Position numbers and translations under genes: made by a program. Of a stretch of DNA of 41,444 nt, positions 17,688 through 25,634 are shown piece by piece. The notes under the pieces are model-generated. The model was given only the letters and a program-made list of their open reading frames with translations, did not search any database and was not told the DNA's origin. The stretch covers positions 1-41,444 of the forward strand of contig JANMVC010000130.1 in assembly GCA_031392315.1 (NCBI GenBank). The letters are read 5' to 3'. Within the stretch, counting starts at the first letter, position 1. Each line of letters begins with the position of its first letter. Source of the stretch: Pyrinomonadaceae bacterium. Its GTDB lineage: Bacteria; Acidobacteriota; Blastocatellia; Pyrinomonadales; Pyrinomonadaceae.

Positions 17688-19229
17688 TTATTCCGGCTGT
17701 TGCGGCTCCGGTGCGGCTGGCGTCAGTCTGGCCTCAGCTTCCAATGTGTGTTCAACCTCAGACAGCGTGATGCCGCGAGAATCGGCCGCGCGCTTGTCGT
17801 CTTCGATTTCATCGAACAGCTCGTCGCGGTCGATGTTCCGCTCGGCAAGGATCCGTGAGTGTGACGTGAGACAGTTACGAAGCTGCGAAATGTCCGCGTT
17901 GACCTCTTGCTGCGGGTTCACGTAGCTCCAGCGTCGGCCCTTGAACTCGGGGGAATTGAACTTATCGAACTTGCCCATCGGCAACGCAACGGCGCCCGTG
18001 GTAATCGACATCAAAAGAAACTCTTTAAAAATCTCTTCGTGGAAATTCTCGATCATCCAATACTGAATCGCTTTGGCGGCGTCGCGTTCATCGTCCAGCC
18101 CGAGCTTTCCGGACGCGAAGTTCACGCTCTCCATGTCGTTAGCGAGCGTGTTGTAACTCATGTCCAAACCGCTCGCGATGGCGCGCAGTCCGGTCTTCAT
18201 GAAAACGTGATAGCTGGAATTCGGGTGATTCCAGTCCAGGACTTTCAGATCCATTCCGAAGGGCAACTGCTCGATAGCTCCCGGCTCCGCGTCCATCGAA
18301 TGATTGCCGTCTGCGTCGGTCTCGCCGGTGTAGGACGTGTTCGCGTTATTCGGAATCAGGAAACCCATCTTGGACGCTGATGCTCTCGCCGCGGTGACTT
18401 CAGCCTCTTCGTATTTGCCCAGCATGTTGAGCGCGTAGGCTGCGGTCGCGAGCCACGGGTTGCCACGGGATTGACCGAATCGCCGGAACAAAGCCAGGTG
18501 CATGACCTCTTCGGCCGGTAAACGGTAGCGCCGTTTCTCCGCGCGCCGTTGACCGTAGGAATCGTTTGGGTTGTAGGTCAGCAGATGATAGGCAACCGGC
18601 TTTTCCCACTTGTCTAACTCGACGCCCATCCGGACCTCGTTACCGTTGGCCGGATTCACGGTGTCGTAATCGTCATCGATATAATCGGACTCCAAAATTT
18701 GCAGGGCGAACCCAAACGGATTCTCGGGCCTGCGGATCTTGCGGATCAAGACCTCGCCATCCACGGCCACGGTTTCGAGGATCAACCGCTCGACATCGCA
18801 AAAGCTTAACTTTCCGGTGACGGTGCAGTTTTCCTTGCGACCCCAGCGCCACCATTGATCGGCAATTAGTTTGTTCGCGAACAGGTCTAGCTTGCCGGGA
18901 ATCAAATCGCCGCCCTGAAATTTATCAGGGTCTTTCGCCTTGTTCCGAAAGTGCATCCCGGATTGACCGAGAACATTTTTCTTGAGCGTGGAAAGAAACC
19001 GTTTCGCGTAAAGATTGTTGTCGCGCAGTTCACGTGACCGATTGCGCAGCGTCTTCAGGTCGGTGCGCGCCTGGGCGTCTGCGCTCAACGTGGTTTGCGT
19101 CCAACTCGCAGTCAGTCGGTTGATGGCTGCGGCTTGGAAATTCGCCATGGCCTCGCGCACCTGCACCTTGCGGTAAAGCCCGACTCGATTCAGTAGCCGG
19201 GTGACGAGTGGAGCCGTGGGCTTTTTCAT
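17688..19229 (-). CDS. Portal protein, lambda gpB-type (513 aa; start moved to MKKPTAP)
   Basis: Size and position after the gpA-type terminase and gpW-like gene. The ATG at 19229 overlaps the upstream TGA. Confidence 0.8.
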   Translation of the reverse strand: MKKPTAPLVTRLLNRVGLYRKVQVREAMANFQAAAINRLTASWTQTTLSADAQARTDLKTLRNRSRELRDNNLYAKRFLSTLKKNVLGQSGMHFRNKAKDPDKFQGGDLIPGKLDLFANKLIADQWWRWGRKENCTVTGKLSFCDVERLILETVAVDGEVLIRKIRRPENPFGFALQILESDYIDDDYDTVNPANGNEVRMGVELDKWEKPVAYHLLTYNPNDSYGQRRAEKRRYRLPAEEVMHLALFRRFGQSRGNPWLATAAYALNMLGKYEEAEVTAARASASKMGFLIPNNANTSYTGETDADGNHSMDAEPGAIEQLPFGMDLKVLDWNHPNSSYHVFMKTGLRAIASGLDMSYNTLANDMESVNFASGKLGLDDERDAAKAIQYWMIENFHEEIFKEFLLMSITTGAVALPMGKFDKFNSPEFKGRRWSYVNPQQEVNADISQLRNCLTSHSRILAERNIDRDELFDEIEDDKRAADSRGITLSEVEHTLEAEARLTPAAPEPQQPE

Positions 19230-19459
19230 GGTTTCTGAAGCCGTAGCTTGATGCCAACCGCAACCATGTTGACCGTGATGAACACAGAAGATCGGGCAGC
19301 ACTGAACCGCGCCACATTGTAGCGCCGGAAGTGTCCGTAATGCGAAGCGCACACGGATGGAGCTCCAAGGATCAACTTCCACCAAGGCTTAAGCTTTAAG
19401 TGAATCACCGATCCTCTTTGCTCAGTGCGGCAATCGAATCCTGGAATTGAAATCTTCAT
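19226..19459 (-). CDS. Hypothetical protein (77 aa) wedged between the gpW-like and portal genes
   Basis: ATGA overlaps at both ends. Odd composition, so uncertain. Confidence 0.45.
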   Translation of the reverse strand: MKISIPGFDCRTEQRGSVIHLKLKPWWKLILGAPSVCASHYGHFRRYNVARFSAARSSVFITVNMVAVGIKLRLQKP

Positions 19460-20019
19460 CGGAGAAATCGAATCAAGACGTTCTTACCTTTGCCGCCAGT
19501 GGCTTCGCCTTCTTCGGCTTTTACCTTGGTTGCAAAGTCGTCGCGAAGTTTCAGCAGGTCGGCCACGGTCATCTTCACCACGGATCGCCCGACAGCCTGC
19601 TGAACGTAACTCTGCTGGTCGTGTGTGGCGCGGCCTTCCAGAACCGCATTGATGGAATCCAGACATCGCCTCGCGTGCGTGCGCCCGTCATGCGGCGTGG
19701 TGATAGTGGCGAAGTTTGGAGTGACTTCGATGGTGCCGGATGCAACGGGCTTCCGGTCGCCGCTCTTGGAAACGAACGCTTGGAAGTGGTAGATGCCGGG
19801 CGTGTAGGCGCCAGTTACATCCGGGCTCAGGTCAACGGAGTAATCGTTGCCGTCAGTCGCGGCTGCGATGTCGATGGCATCGTGCGCGAAATTTCCGCGC
19901 AGATAGTAGGTGAGTGTCCAGCCTTCGGAGACGGGATAATCCGTCAGGGTGCGCTTCCACTGAGCGCGATCGCCTGCGGCAATTTTGGTCGGTTCTTGAT
20001 ACGGTATTTCAAAGGCCAT
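19456..20019 (-). CDS. gpW-like head-tail joining protein with an extra N-terminal beta domain (187 aa from the ATG)
   Basis: The C-terminal ..CLDSINAVLEGRATHDQQSYVQQAVGRSVVKMTVADLLKLRDDF.. resembles lambda W. The track start at 20034 is TTG. Confidence 0.55.
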   Translation of the reverse strand: MAFEIPYQEPTKIAAGDRAQWKRTLTDYPVSEGWTLTYYLRGNFAHDAIDIAAATDGNDYSVDLSPDVTGAYTPGIYHFQAFVSKSGDRKPVASGTIEVTPNFATITTPHDGRTHARRCLDSINAVLEGRATHDQQSYVQQAVGRSVVKMTVADLLKLRDDFATKVKAEEGEATGGKGKNVLIRFLR

Positions 20020-20091
20020 GCGCTTTCGCGGCAAGGCCCCGGCCCCGGTGCCACCATCGAACGCACCCGACGAACCCGCCGCTTGCGGGCG

Positions 20092-20120
20092 GGGTTAGGT
20101 TGCGAAATGGCGGGTTTCAA
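20092..20120 (-). promoter_or_regulatory. Late motif copy 5 (TTGAAA-17 nt-TAACCC), here about 72 nt before the ATG
   Basis: Minus strand reads aaatcacttcTTGAAAcccgccatttcgcaaccTAACCCcgcc, followed by a GC hairpin. Confidence 0.5.
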
Positions 20121-20130
20121 GAAGTGATTT
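20111..20130. repeat. 20-nt repeat CGGGTTTCAAGAAGTGATTT, copy A
   Basis: Identical to 20687-20706. Overlaps the TTGAAA of late motif copy 5. Confidence 0.9.
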
Positions 20131-20136
20131 CGAGAC

Positions 20137-20616
20137 TCAGACGCGCACGTTCCCGTCGTGGTAACAAACGAACTTCCCGCCTTCCCTGACGATGGCGCAC
20201 CTGTGCTTAGTTCGCCAGCGCAGCATCGGACCTTCTAGCGGCGACATTGGGTCAAGCGGGTGTAACTGCGGGTCTCGGTAGCTTTCGATCTCCACTCCGA
20301 AAAAGTAGGCGATGGCAAACCGTTCCATGTCGTTAAGCTCCGTAACCTCTTTGTCCGCCGCGCCGATAACCGCGTCTCGCCATTGAGCAAGGACTCGCTG
20401 AATCAAATCCCGCGCAACCCTCGGTCCGTCGGTTATCTCAATCCGCGTGGTGTGCCATGGTTCTGGACGGTTCGTTTTCATGTGTTGCCAAGCCGTGTTC
20501 ATCATCCGCGCCAGGACTTCATGGCTCGACTCGTGTTGCAGTGGCTCAGCGTGGGTGAAGTGCTGGAATGGAATTGCTGGCAGTCCGCCGTTCTGGATTT
20601 CGATTTCGTTGCTCAT
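20137..20616 (-). CDS. Hypothetical protein (159 aa; start moved to MSNEIEIQ)
   Basis: ATG at 20616. The longer track start runs into repeat copy B. Confidence 0.65.
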   Translation of the reverse strand: MSNEIEIQNGGLPAIPFQHFTHAEPLQHESSHEVLARMMNTAWQHMKTNRPEPWHTTRIEITDGPRVARDLIQRVLAQWRDAVIGAADKEVTELNDMERFAIAYFFGVEIESYRDPQLHPLDPMSPLEGPMLRWRTKHRCAIVREGGKFVCYHDGNVRV

Positions 20617-20686
20617 AGTTTTCGGAAGATCATTACTGATCCGCTTTGTCGCGTTTGTCACTGCGTAATAACCACGGCCTCGCTCT

Positions 20687-20706
20687 CGGGTTTCAAGAAG
20701 TGATTT
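20687..20706. repeat. 20-nt repeat CGGGTTTCAAGAAGTGATTT, copy B
   Basis: Perfect match to copy A. Confidence 0.9.
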
Positions 20707-20938
20707 AGGACGGTGAGAAAGGTTCACCCTCGCCGAAAACCGACTAAGCATGCCGTATCGTCGACTTCTTCGGACAGCGAGCGGGTGAGCTTCGTGTCGC
20801 GAGTCGCCCCTGATTTGCTTTCGGTAGCGACCGCCAATGCCCGAGTTGCCTTACTCTCCACAATTCGCTTCGCCCGGCCTTCGGCGTCACTCGTTGCCTT
20901 GAGTTTGGAAAAATTACTATGCCACGTTTTAAACGGTT

Positions 20939-20955
20939 GTTTCAAGAAGTGATTT
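20939..20955. repeat. 17-nt core GTTTCAAGAAGTGATTT, copy C
   Basis: Perfect 17-nt match. Overlaps the TAA stop of the 74-aa gene. Confidence 0.9.
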
Positions 20956-21178
20956 ACGGCTGGTATTCCACCCCGATCCAATTCGTTGATGTTGGAACCC
21001 GACTAGCTGGCGCTGCTGATTTGGAGCCGCTCCTGTAGCCGATCCAAAACACGCACACTACGAGCGCGGTCCCGAGCACGGTCCCAAGCAGATTTTCAAA
21101 TGTCGATGGGCGACTCAGTGCTTTGCCTCTCTTAAACGCCCTCTCGACCTGCTCGCGGGTGAAATATTCTTCGCTCAT
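20954..21178 (-). CDS. Single-pass membrane protein (74 aa from the ATG; a GTG at 21184 is also possible)
   Basis: GGAG lies 5 nt upstream of the ATG at 21178. TM segment LLGTVLGTALVVCVFWIGY. Confidence 0.6.
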   Translation of the reverse strand: MSEEYFTREQVERAFKRGKALSRPSTFENLLGTVLGTALVVCVFWIGYRSGSKSAAPASRVPTSTNWIGVEYQP

Positions 21179-21180
21179 GT

Positions 21181-21771
21181 TCACTCCATCTCTGCCAGGA
21201 ATTGCGCCAGTTCCTTGCGGTCGAACTGCGTTGGCGTCATCACGATCAACTTCTTGCCGACGATGCGATATGGCAGGTTACTCTTGGTTGGTGGGGCGAT
21301 GCGCTTTGCCCACGCGGATTCAAGGAATGCCCGCTGCTGTTCCTGGGACCGGATACCGTCATCCGTGAAAACCTGATTGCATTGCTCAGGCGACAGGTTA
21401 CGAACATCGACTAACAATTCATCCCATCCTTTTTCTGTCTTGAGCAGAAGCGCGACGGGCGACTGTGTGTATTTTTCCTGCCAGCTATAGGAGAGCTTTG
21501 CCAGCCGCCGCTCTCCGGCTGACTCACCGATCAAAAGGTCGAGGTGCAAGGCACCACGGCCAAGGTCAATCATCTTGCGGATGAATCGCTCCGTAAACTC
21601 GGGATGTTTCTCAATCAGCTTTTTCGTGAAGCCCGGAACTTTCTCGACGGCATCGGCGAGGACTTTGCCTGCGTTGATCCACGCCTGCTTGCCTTGCTGG
21701 ATGAGTTCACTGAAACGGTTGATGTATTCGTTTGGGTCGTTGTCGGGTGCTGTCACTGCTGCTTTGCTCAT
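21181..21771 (-). CDS. Hypothetical protein (196 aa; start moved to MSKAAVT)
   Basis: ATGA overlap with the upstream stop at 21768. Confidence 0.7.
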   Translation of the reverse strand: MSKAAVTAPDNDPNEYINRFSELIQQGKQAWINAGKVLADAVEKVPGFTKKLIEKHPEFTERFIRKMIDLGRGALHLDLLIGESAGERRLAKLSYSWQEKYTQSPVALLLKTEKGWDELLVDVRNLSPEQCNQVFTDDGIRSQEQQRAFLESAWAKRIAPPTKSNLPYRIVGKKLIVMTPTQFDRKELAQFLAEME

Positions 21772-22532
21772 GTGTTTGTTTGGATGGGTGTTGATGTTAT
21801 TGCTAGTGCTTGAAAAAGGTTTTGCGTTTGCAGGCGATTCCGCTTCGATTCCCTCCGCTGGAGAATCACCTTTTCGGGATACTGCGCCCGATAGCGGGCG
21901 TTTCTGACCGCTACCTTGTCTGGGTTGTCTCTCTGCCATTGTGCTGACCTAGCGTTGATCTTGTGGGCGTTTCTTTTGTTGTATTCGCGCTGATAGGCGA
22001 GAATTGATTCCTTGTTGCGGTAGTAACTATCCCGCTTCAACTGGTTCACATAAGCCCGCTTTGTTTCCATCATGCGTGCTCGCTTGCGTTTTTTTCGGAG
22101 CCTCTCCTTGACCGCTTGGCACGGTTTGGAGCACGTCGCTTTTGGGTAAACATTTGTTTTGAACACCACCCCACAAGTCACGCAGGTTTTAGTGAAGGGC
22201 ATTGAGGGCGCTGGGCGCTTTGTTGAGAGTCCCCAATGGTTCACCTCGTCAAAGCTTTTTAGCCTCCAGAACTCTTGCGCGACGGAATCCATACCGAGCC
22301 TTTTTCCGTGCAGTAGGCTTTGGTTGGCGTGGCACAGGGCATCGCAGTAATTCTGGTTGCGATAGCCGCGTGGAGTAATCCCGCACTGGCAAACCCGACA
22401 CGTTTTCATCACCCGCTCTTTTACCACAGGTTTCTGGACGAATGGCTCCGGCTCGCAGTGGGTGCTGCCTATCGTTGTGTCTAGTAGTGCGTTGTGATGC
22501 ATTGGGGTAAATTGAAGCGAATTGTTTCCCAT
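21768..22532 (-). CDS. Double zinc-ribbon protein with a basic C-terminal W-x3-NP-x-K...ARY repeat region (254 aa)
   Basis: CRVCQC..YCDALC and CVTCG..CSKPC clusters. QWQRDNPDKVAVRNARYRA resembles AWAKANPKKKKANDANYVA in 30860..31189. Confidence 0.65.
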   Translation of the reverse strand: MGNNSLQFTPMHHNALLDTTIGSTHCEPEPFVQKPVVKERVMKTCRVCQCGITPRGYRNQNYCDALCHANQSLLHGKRLGMDSVAQEFWRLKSFDEVNHWGLSTKRPAPSMPFTKTCVTCGVVFKTNVYPKATCSKPCQAVKERLRKKRKRARMMETKRAYVNQLKRDSYYRNKESILAYQREYNKRNAHKINARSAQWQRDNPDKVAVRNARYRAQYPEKVILQRRESKRNRLQTQNLFQALAITSTPIQTNT

Positions 22533-22554
22533 TCCTTTTTTCTTGACCGGATTT

Positions 22555-24492
22555 TCACCACCTAACAAACCCCACCCGCCGCCTGCGCGGTGCCATCTGT
22601 TTCGGCGCATCCGCCCGCGTCACGGCGATGGGATCAATGGGTTTCACTTCGGCCGGGCGCTTCACCAGTTCCGCCGAGCGTTTCAAGTTCTCCGCGATGG
22701 CCGCGAGGTTCGGATTGCGGATTTCGAATGCCGCGATGTTGCCAGCCTTCAAATCCAAGGCTTCATTGCGTGAACGGATCTTCGTCCAGACCCGACGCCT
22801 GCCCTCAATCGACACACGTTCCGCCGTCAGTTGCTGGAAAAATTCTTGGTCATAACCGCGACCTTCCGGAAAATGGTTGTAGAGCGGCCCCGGCGAAATG
22901 ATGGAAAGCCGGGTGTAGACCTCACTCTTACAAACGTCGGACCCGATCATCTGCAACAGCACGCCGTTCTTTTGGAGCTTCGGCAGGAATAGCGGCGCGC
23001 CGATCTCTGACGATCCTTTGGCCGCGAACACATACCGGCTCTGCCTTGGTCGAACGAACTGATAGACCGGCCGCGCAAACGCTTTGCTATCGTTTTGCCC
23101 ACCGGAATCAATCAAGACGCAGGACAACTTCAGGCTCGCGCCAGACGGATGTTCAAAGCGCCGGGTGATCTCAGCGTCCAACGCTTCCCACACCCCGGAC
23201 TCGTGCGGGTTGCCGAAGAGCTTCTTGGTTTCGATTGACCAGTTCTCTTCCTCCAATCCCCAGCCTTCAACCTGTAGCTCTAGTCGATCCGCCTGAACGT
23301 CGACGAACGCGGTGAGGTAAACGACGGCTTCAGGCAAGAGCGTCTCGTAGGGCTCAAGCCTGCGGTGCAGCGCCTCCCATTCCGGCGGCTTCTCATACTC
23401 CATCTCGAAACATTCGCAGAGCCCGGTGTTGATGATTACCTTGATCGAGTTCGACCCTTTCTTCTTCGCCCGTTCCCACTCCTCCGCCATTTCATGCAGC
23501 CGATTCTTGAACCCTTTGTGCTCGCGCCATGGACAATAAAGCCAGTTGAGATGGAATCCGCGAATGCCTTTAAACGGTGCCGTCGCCTGCCAGTCGCCCG
23601 CGAAATACATGTCGCGCCGTTGCTCGTCATTGAACGATTTCGAGCAGCACTGGCAAACCATTTGCGCGGCCTCGGTGTTGCCCTTCGGCCATTCGATGAG
23701 CGCGCAGGGAATCTGCGGAGGCAACTTGGAAATCATCGACCATTTGAAAATAATCCGCTCGCCGCAATTCACGCACGGCATCAGCCAGAGCTGTTGGTCA
23801 CTCGACTGCCAGTAATCCCAAATCCTGGAGCGCCCCTGAACCGTCGGCGTAGACGCCAGAACTTTAACGACGTTCGGGTAGGACTCGCCGCGTTTCCAAA
23901 GCAGGTCAACCGGGTCGCCTTGCCCGCCGATGTCCGCTTCGTAGTCATCGATTTCGTCGCCAATCAGGACCGCTCCCGACGCACCGCGAAGAGAGGAAGT
24001 GGAATTCGATCCGACAATGAAGATTGAACCACCGCGAAAATCTTTCACGAGGATCGTGTTGTCACTCGACCGGCTGCGTGATGATGCGATTTCGGCCAGG
24101 CACGGCGTCGCCTCGATAAGCGGCCTCAACTTTTTCTTGGAGAACTTTTCCGCCGTCTCGATGGTCGGATACATGACCACCGTGGATGTCGGCTTATAAT
24201 CCATGTGATAACCGATGATGTTGTTGATCACTTCGGTCTTCCCGAATATCTGTGACGCACCAATCATCACCGTCATCTGAACCTCAGGATCCGTTGGCGC
24301 TTCCTGAACCTTTCGCTGGTGCGGTGCGTCGCTCGATTGATACCGCGCGTTGCCATGCTCTGATTTCGCGGAGACACCCTTGGCAAGGAATCTATTCTCG
24401 TCGGCCCATTGCCAGACGTTGCGACGTGCGCGCGGGGTGTAGAGCTTTCCGATGCGTGAGATTGAGATGGATGTGGAGGCGTTCATTCCCAT
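22555..24492 (-). CDS. terL: Terminase large subunit, lambda GpA family (645 aa; alternative ATG at 24486)
   Basis: ..RRNVWQWADENRFL..VMYPTIETAEKFSKKKLRPLIEATP.. and internal Cys pairs are typical of GpA-type terminases. Confidence 0.85.
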   Translation of the reverse strand: MGMNASTSISISRIGKLYTPRARRNVWQWADENRFLAKGVSAKSEHGNARYQSSDAPHQRKVQEAPTDPEVQMTVMIGASQIFGKTEVINNIIGYHMDYKPTSTVVMYPTIETAEKFSKKKLRPLIEATPCLAEIASSRSRSSDNTILVKDFRGGSIFIVGSNSTSSLRGASGAVLIGDEIDDYEADIGGQGDPVDLLWKRGESYPNVVKVLASTPTVQGRSRIWDYWQSSDQQLWLMPCVNCGERIIFKWSMISKLPPQIPCALIEWPKGNTEAAQMVCQCCSKSFNDEQRRDMYFAGDWQATAPFKGIRGFHLNWLYCPWREHKGFKNRLHEMAEEWERAKKKGSNSIKVIINTGLCECFEMEYEKPPEWEALHRRLEPYETLLPEAVVYLTAFVDVQADRLELQVEGWGLEEENWSIETKKLFGNPHESGVWEALDAEITRRFEHPSGASLKLSCVLIDSGGQNDSKAFARPVYQFVRPRQSRYVFAAKGSSEIGAPLFLPKLQKNGVLLQMIGSDVCKSEVYTRLSIISPGPLYNHFPEGRGYDQEFFQQLTAERVSIEGRRRVWTKIRSRNEALDLKAGNIAAFEIRNPNLAAIAENLKRSAELVKRPAEVKPIDPIAVTRADAPKQMAPRRRRVGFVRW

Positions 24493-24776
24493 GCAGCGAA
24501 CTCCATTGAAGCTCCGAGCGGGTTGAATGCTTTAAGAGTCTCGCCGTTTCCTTCCCCGATCATCACATCGCGGTTTTTACCGACCGTCAGTTTCTTTTTC
24601 CACTTTCTCTCGGCCTTTCTCGCTTTAAGCTTTGCGGCTTCCACGTCTGGAGCAAATCCAGTTTCCAGCGCCTCACCACAGTAGAGGCTGACAGTCCATC
24701 TCCACTTGAACGGACTGAACGCCTTGACTGGAAGCAGTCGTGTGACCTTTTTGTTGAACAGCCTAGACCCCCTCAC
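24483..24776 (-). CDS. Small AP2/Arm-like putative DNA-binding protein (97 aa, GTG start), paralogue of 12951..13193
   Basis: (M)RGSRLFNKKVTRL..FKWRWTV..GFAPDVEAAKLKARKAERKW. GTGA overlap upstream; its stop overlaps the terL start region. Confidence 0.55.
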   Translation of the reverse strand: MRGSRLFNKKVTRLLPVKAFSPFKWRWTVSLYCGEALETGFAPDVEAAKLKARKAERKWKKKLTVGKNRDVMIGEGNGETLKAFNPLGASMEFAAWE

Positions 24777-24934
24777 TGCGTCATCCTCTCCTCTTCATCC
24801 GGCGTTGCGCGATAAACCGGCCGACCGCAGGAAAGGAAGCTGCGAATGTCCGCGAGTAGTTCGCGTGACTCTTCCGTGTTCTGGTATTTACGAATCACCT
24901 CGACGGTGCGGTGCGATAGATCGGTGGCGTTCAT
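24773..24934 (-). CDS. Hypothetical protein (53 aa; start moved to MNATDLS)
   Basis: ATGA overlap with the upstream stop. Confidence 0.5.
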   Translation of the reverse strand: MNATDLSHRTVEVIRKYQNTEESRELLADIRSFLSCGRPVYRATPDEEERMTQ

Positions 24935-25119
24935 TGCCGTAGATGCACCAAAGCTCCCGCCGCAATCAGGATTGCGGACCAGACCACGGCAGCCGAAACG
25001 ATAGCTTCTGGCCCGCCGGTAAATGCAGCTTCTGTGACCACCCAAATAAACAAGACAAGGCATCCGGCCATCGGCACCGAACCTGAAATCATCAACGCTA
25101 TTCCAATTCTATTTTTCAT
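24931..25119 (-). CDS. Two-TM membrane protein (62 aa)
   Basis: Hydrophobic MKNRIGIALMISGSVPMAGCLVLFIWVV..AAVVWSAILIAAGALV. ATGA overlap. Confidence 0.6.
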   Translation of the reverse strand: MKNRIGIALMISGSVPMAGCLVLFIWVVTEAAFTGGPEAIVSAAVVWSAILIAAGALVHLRQ

Positions 25120-25505
25120 TTTGTTTTGTGCGCCTCACTAAGTTTCGTTAGCAGCGCATCCTCCGCCGTCTCGCTCAGTCCTGCCGTCCGAATTATTCGC
25201 ACCATCTCCACCGCGATGGTCTCATACGCGCGGCAGAAATCGTCGATGTCCACAAGCGTCCCGTCTGACTCCGCATTGCGCTTCTCCACCTCTTCGGCCT
25301 TCGCCAGTGTTTCGCGGATCCGAGCCAGCTCCAGGTCGCCAAAGATCGCAGTCGCTATTTCTTTCGTCGTAAAAACGAACTTCATCCCTTTACGAGTGCC
25401 AGGAATGCCAGCCCGAGTGAGTCTCCCCGACAGCGTTTTGGGGTTAATTCCAAACTCTTTGCATGCCCGATCCTGGGTCCATTCGATGAGCGGATTCTTG
25501 TTCAC
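25116..25505 (-). CDS. Putative terminase small subunit (129 aa, GTG start)
   Basis: N-terminal HTH-like WTQDRACKEFGINPKTLSGRLTRAGI plus a helical C-terminus. First gene of the late block, upstream of terL. Confidence 0.55.
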   Translation of the reverse strand: MNKNPLIEWTQDRACKEFGINPKTLSGRLTRAGIPGTRKGMKFVFTTKEIATAIFGDLELARIRETLAKAEEVEKRNAESDGTLVDIDDFCRAYETIAVEMVRIIRTAGLSETAEDALLTKLSEAHKTK

Positions 25506-25634
25506 GTTGCAACTAGCATAGTGCTAAGGAGTTATGAGCTAGGCTTTGATCGAAATCTGGAACCCTCGTTGGGGGAGGTAGGCAAAAAGAACCTAGGGCA
25601 AAATTTACCTAGCATAATGCACTCCAGCCGCTCA

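Noticed and set aside
17251-17925. 224-aa plus-strand ORF (similar cases: 19447..20127, 23365..24027, 32098..32715, 10041..10532, 2478..2942)
   Set aside because: All are shadow ORFs opposite well-supported minus-strand genes (capsid, gpW-like, terminase, nuclease, tape measure, fibre).
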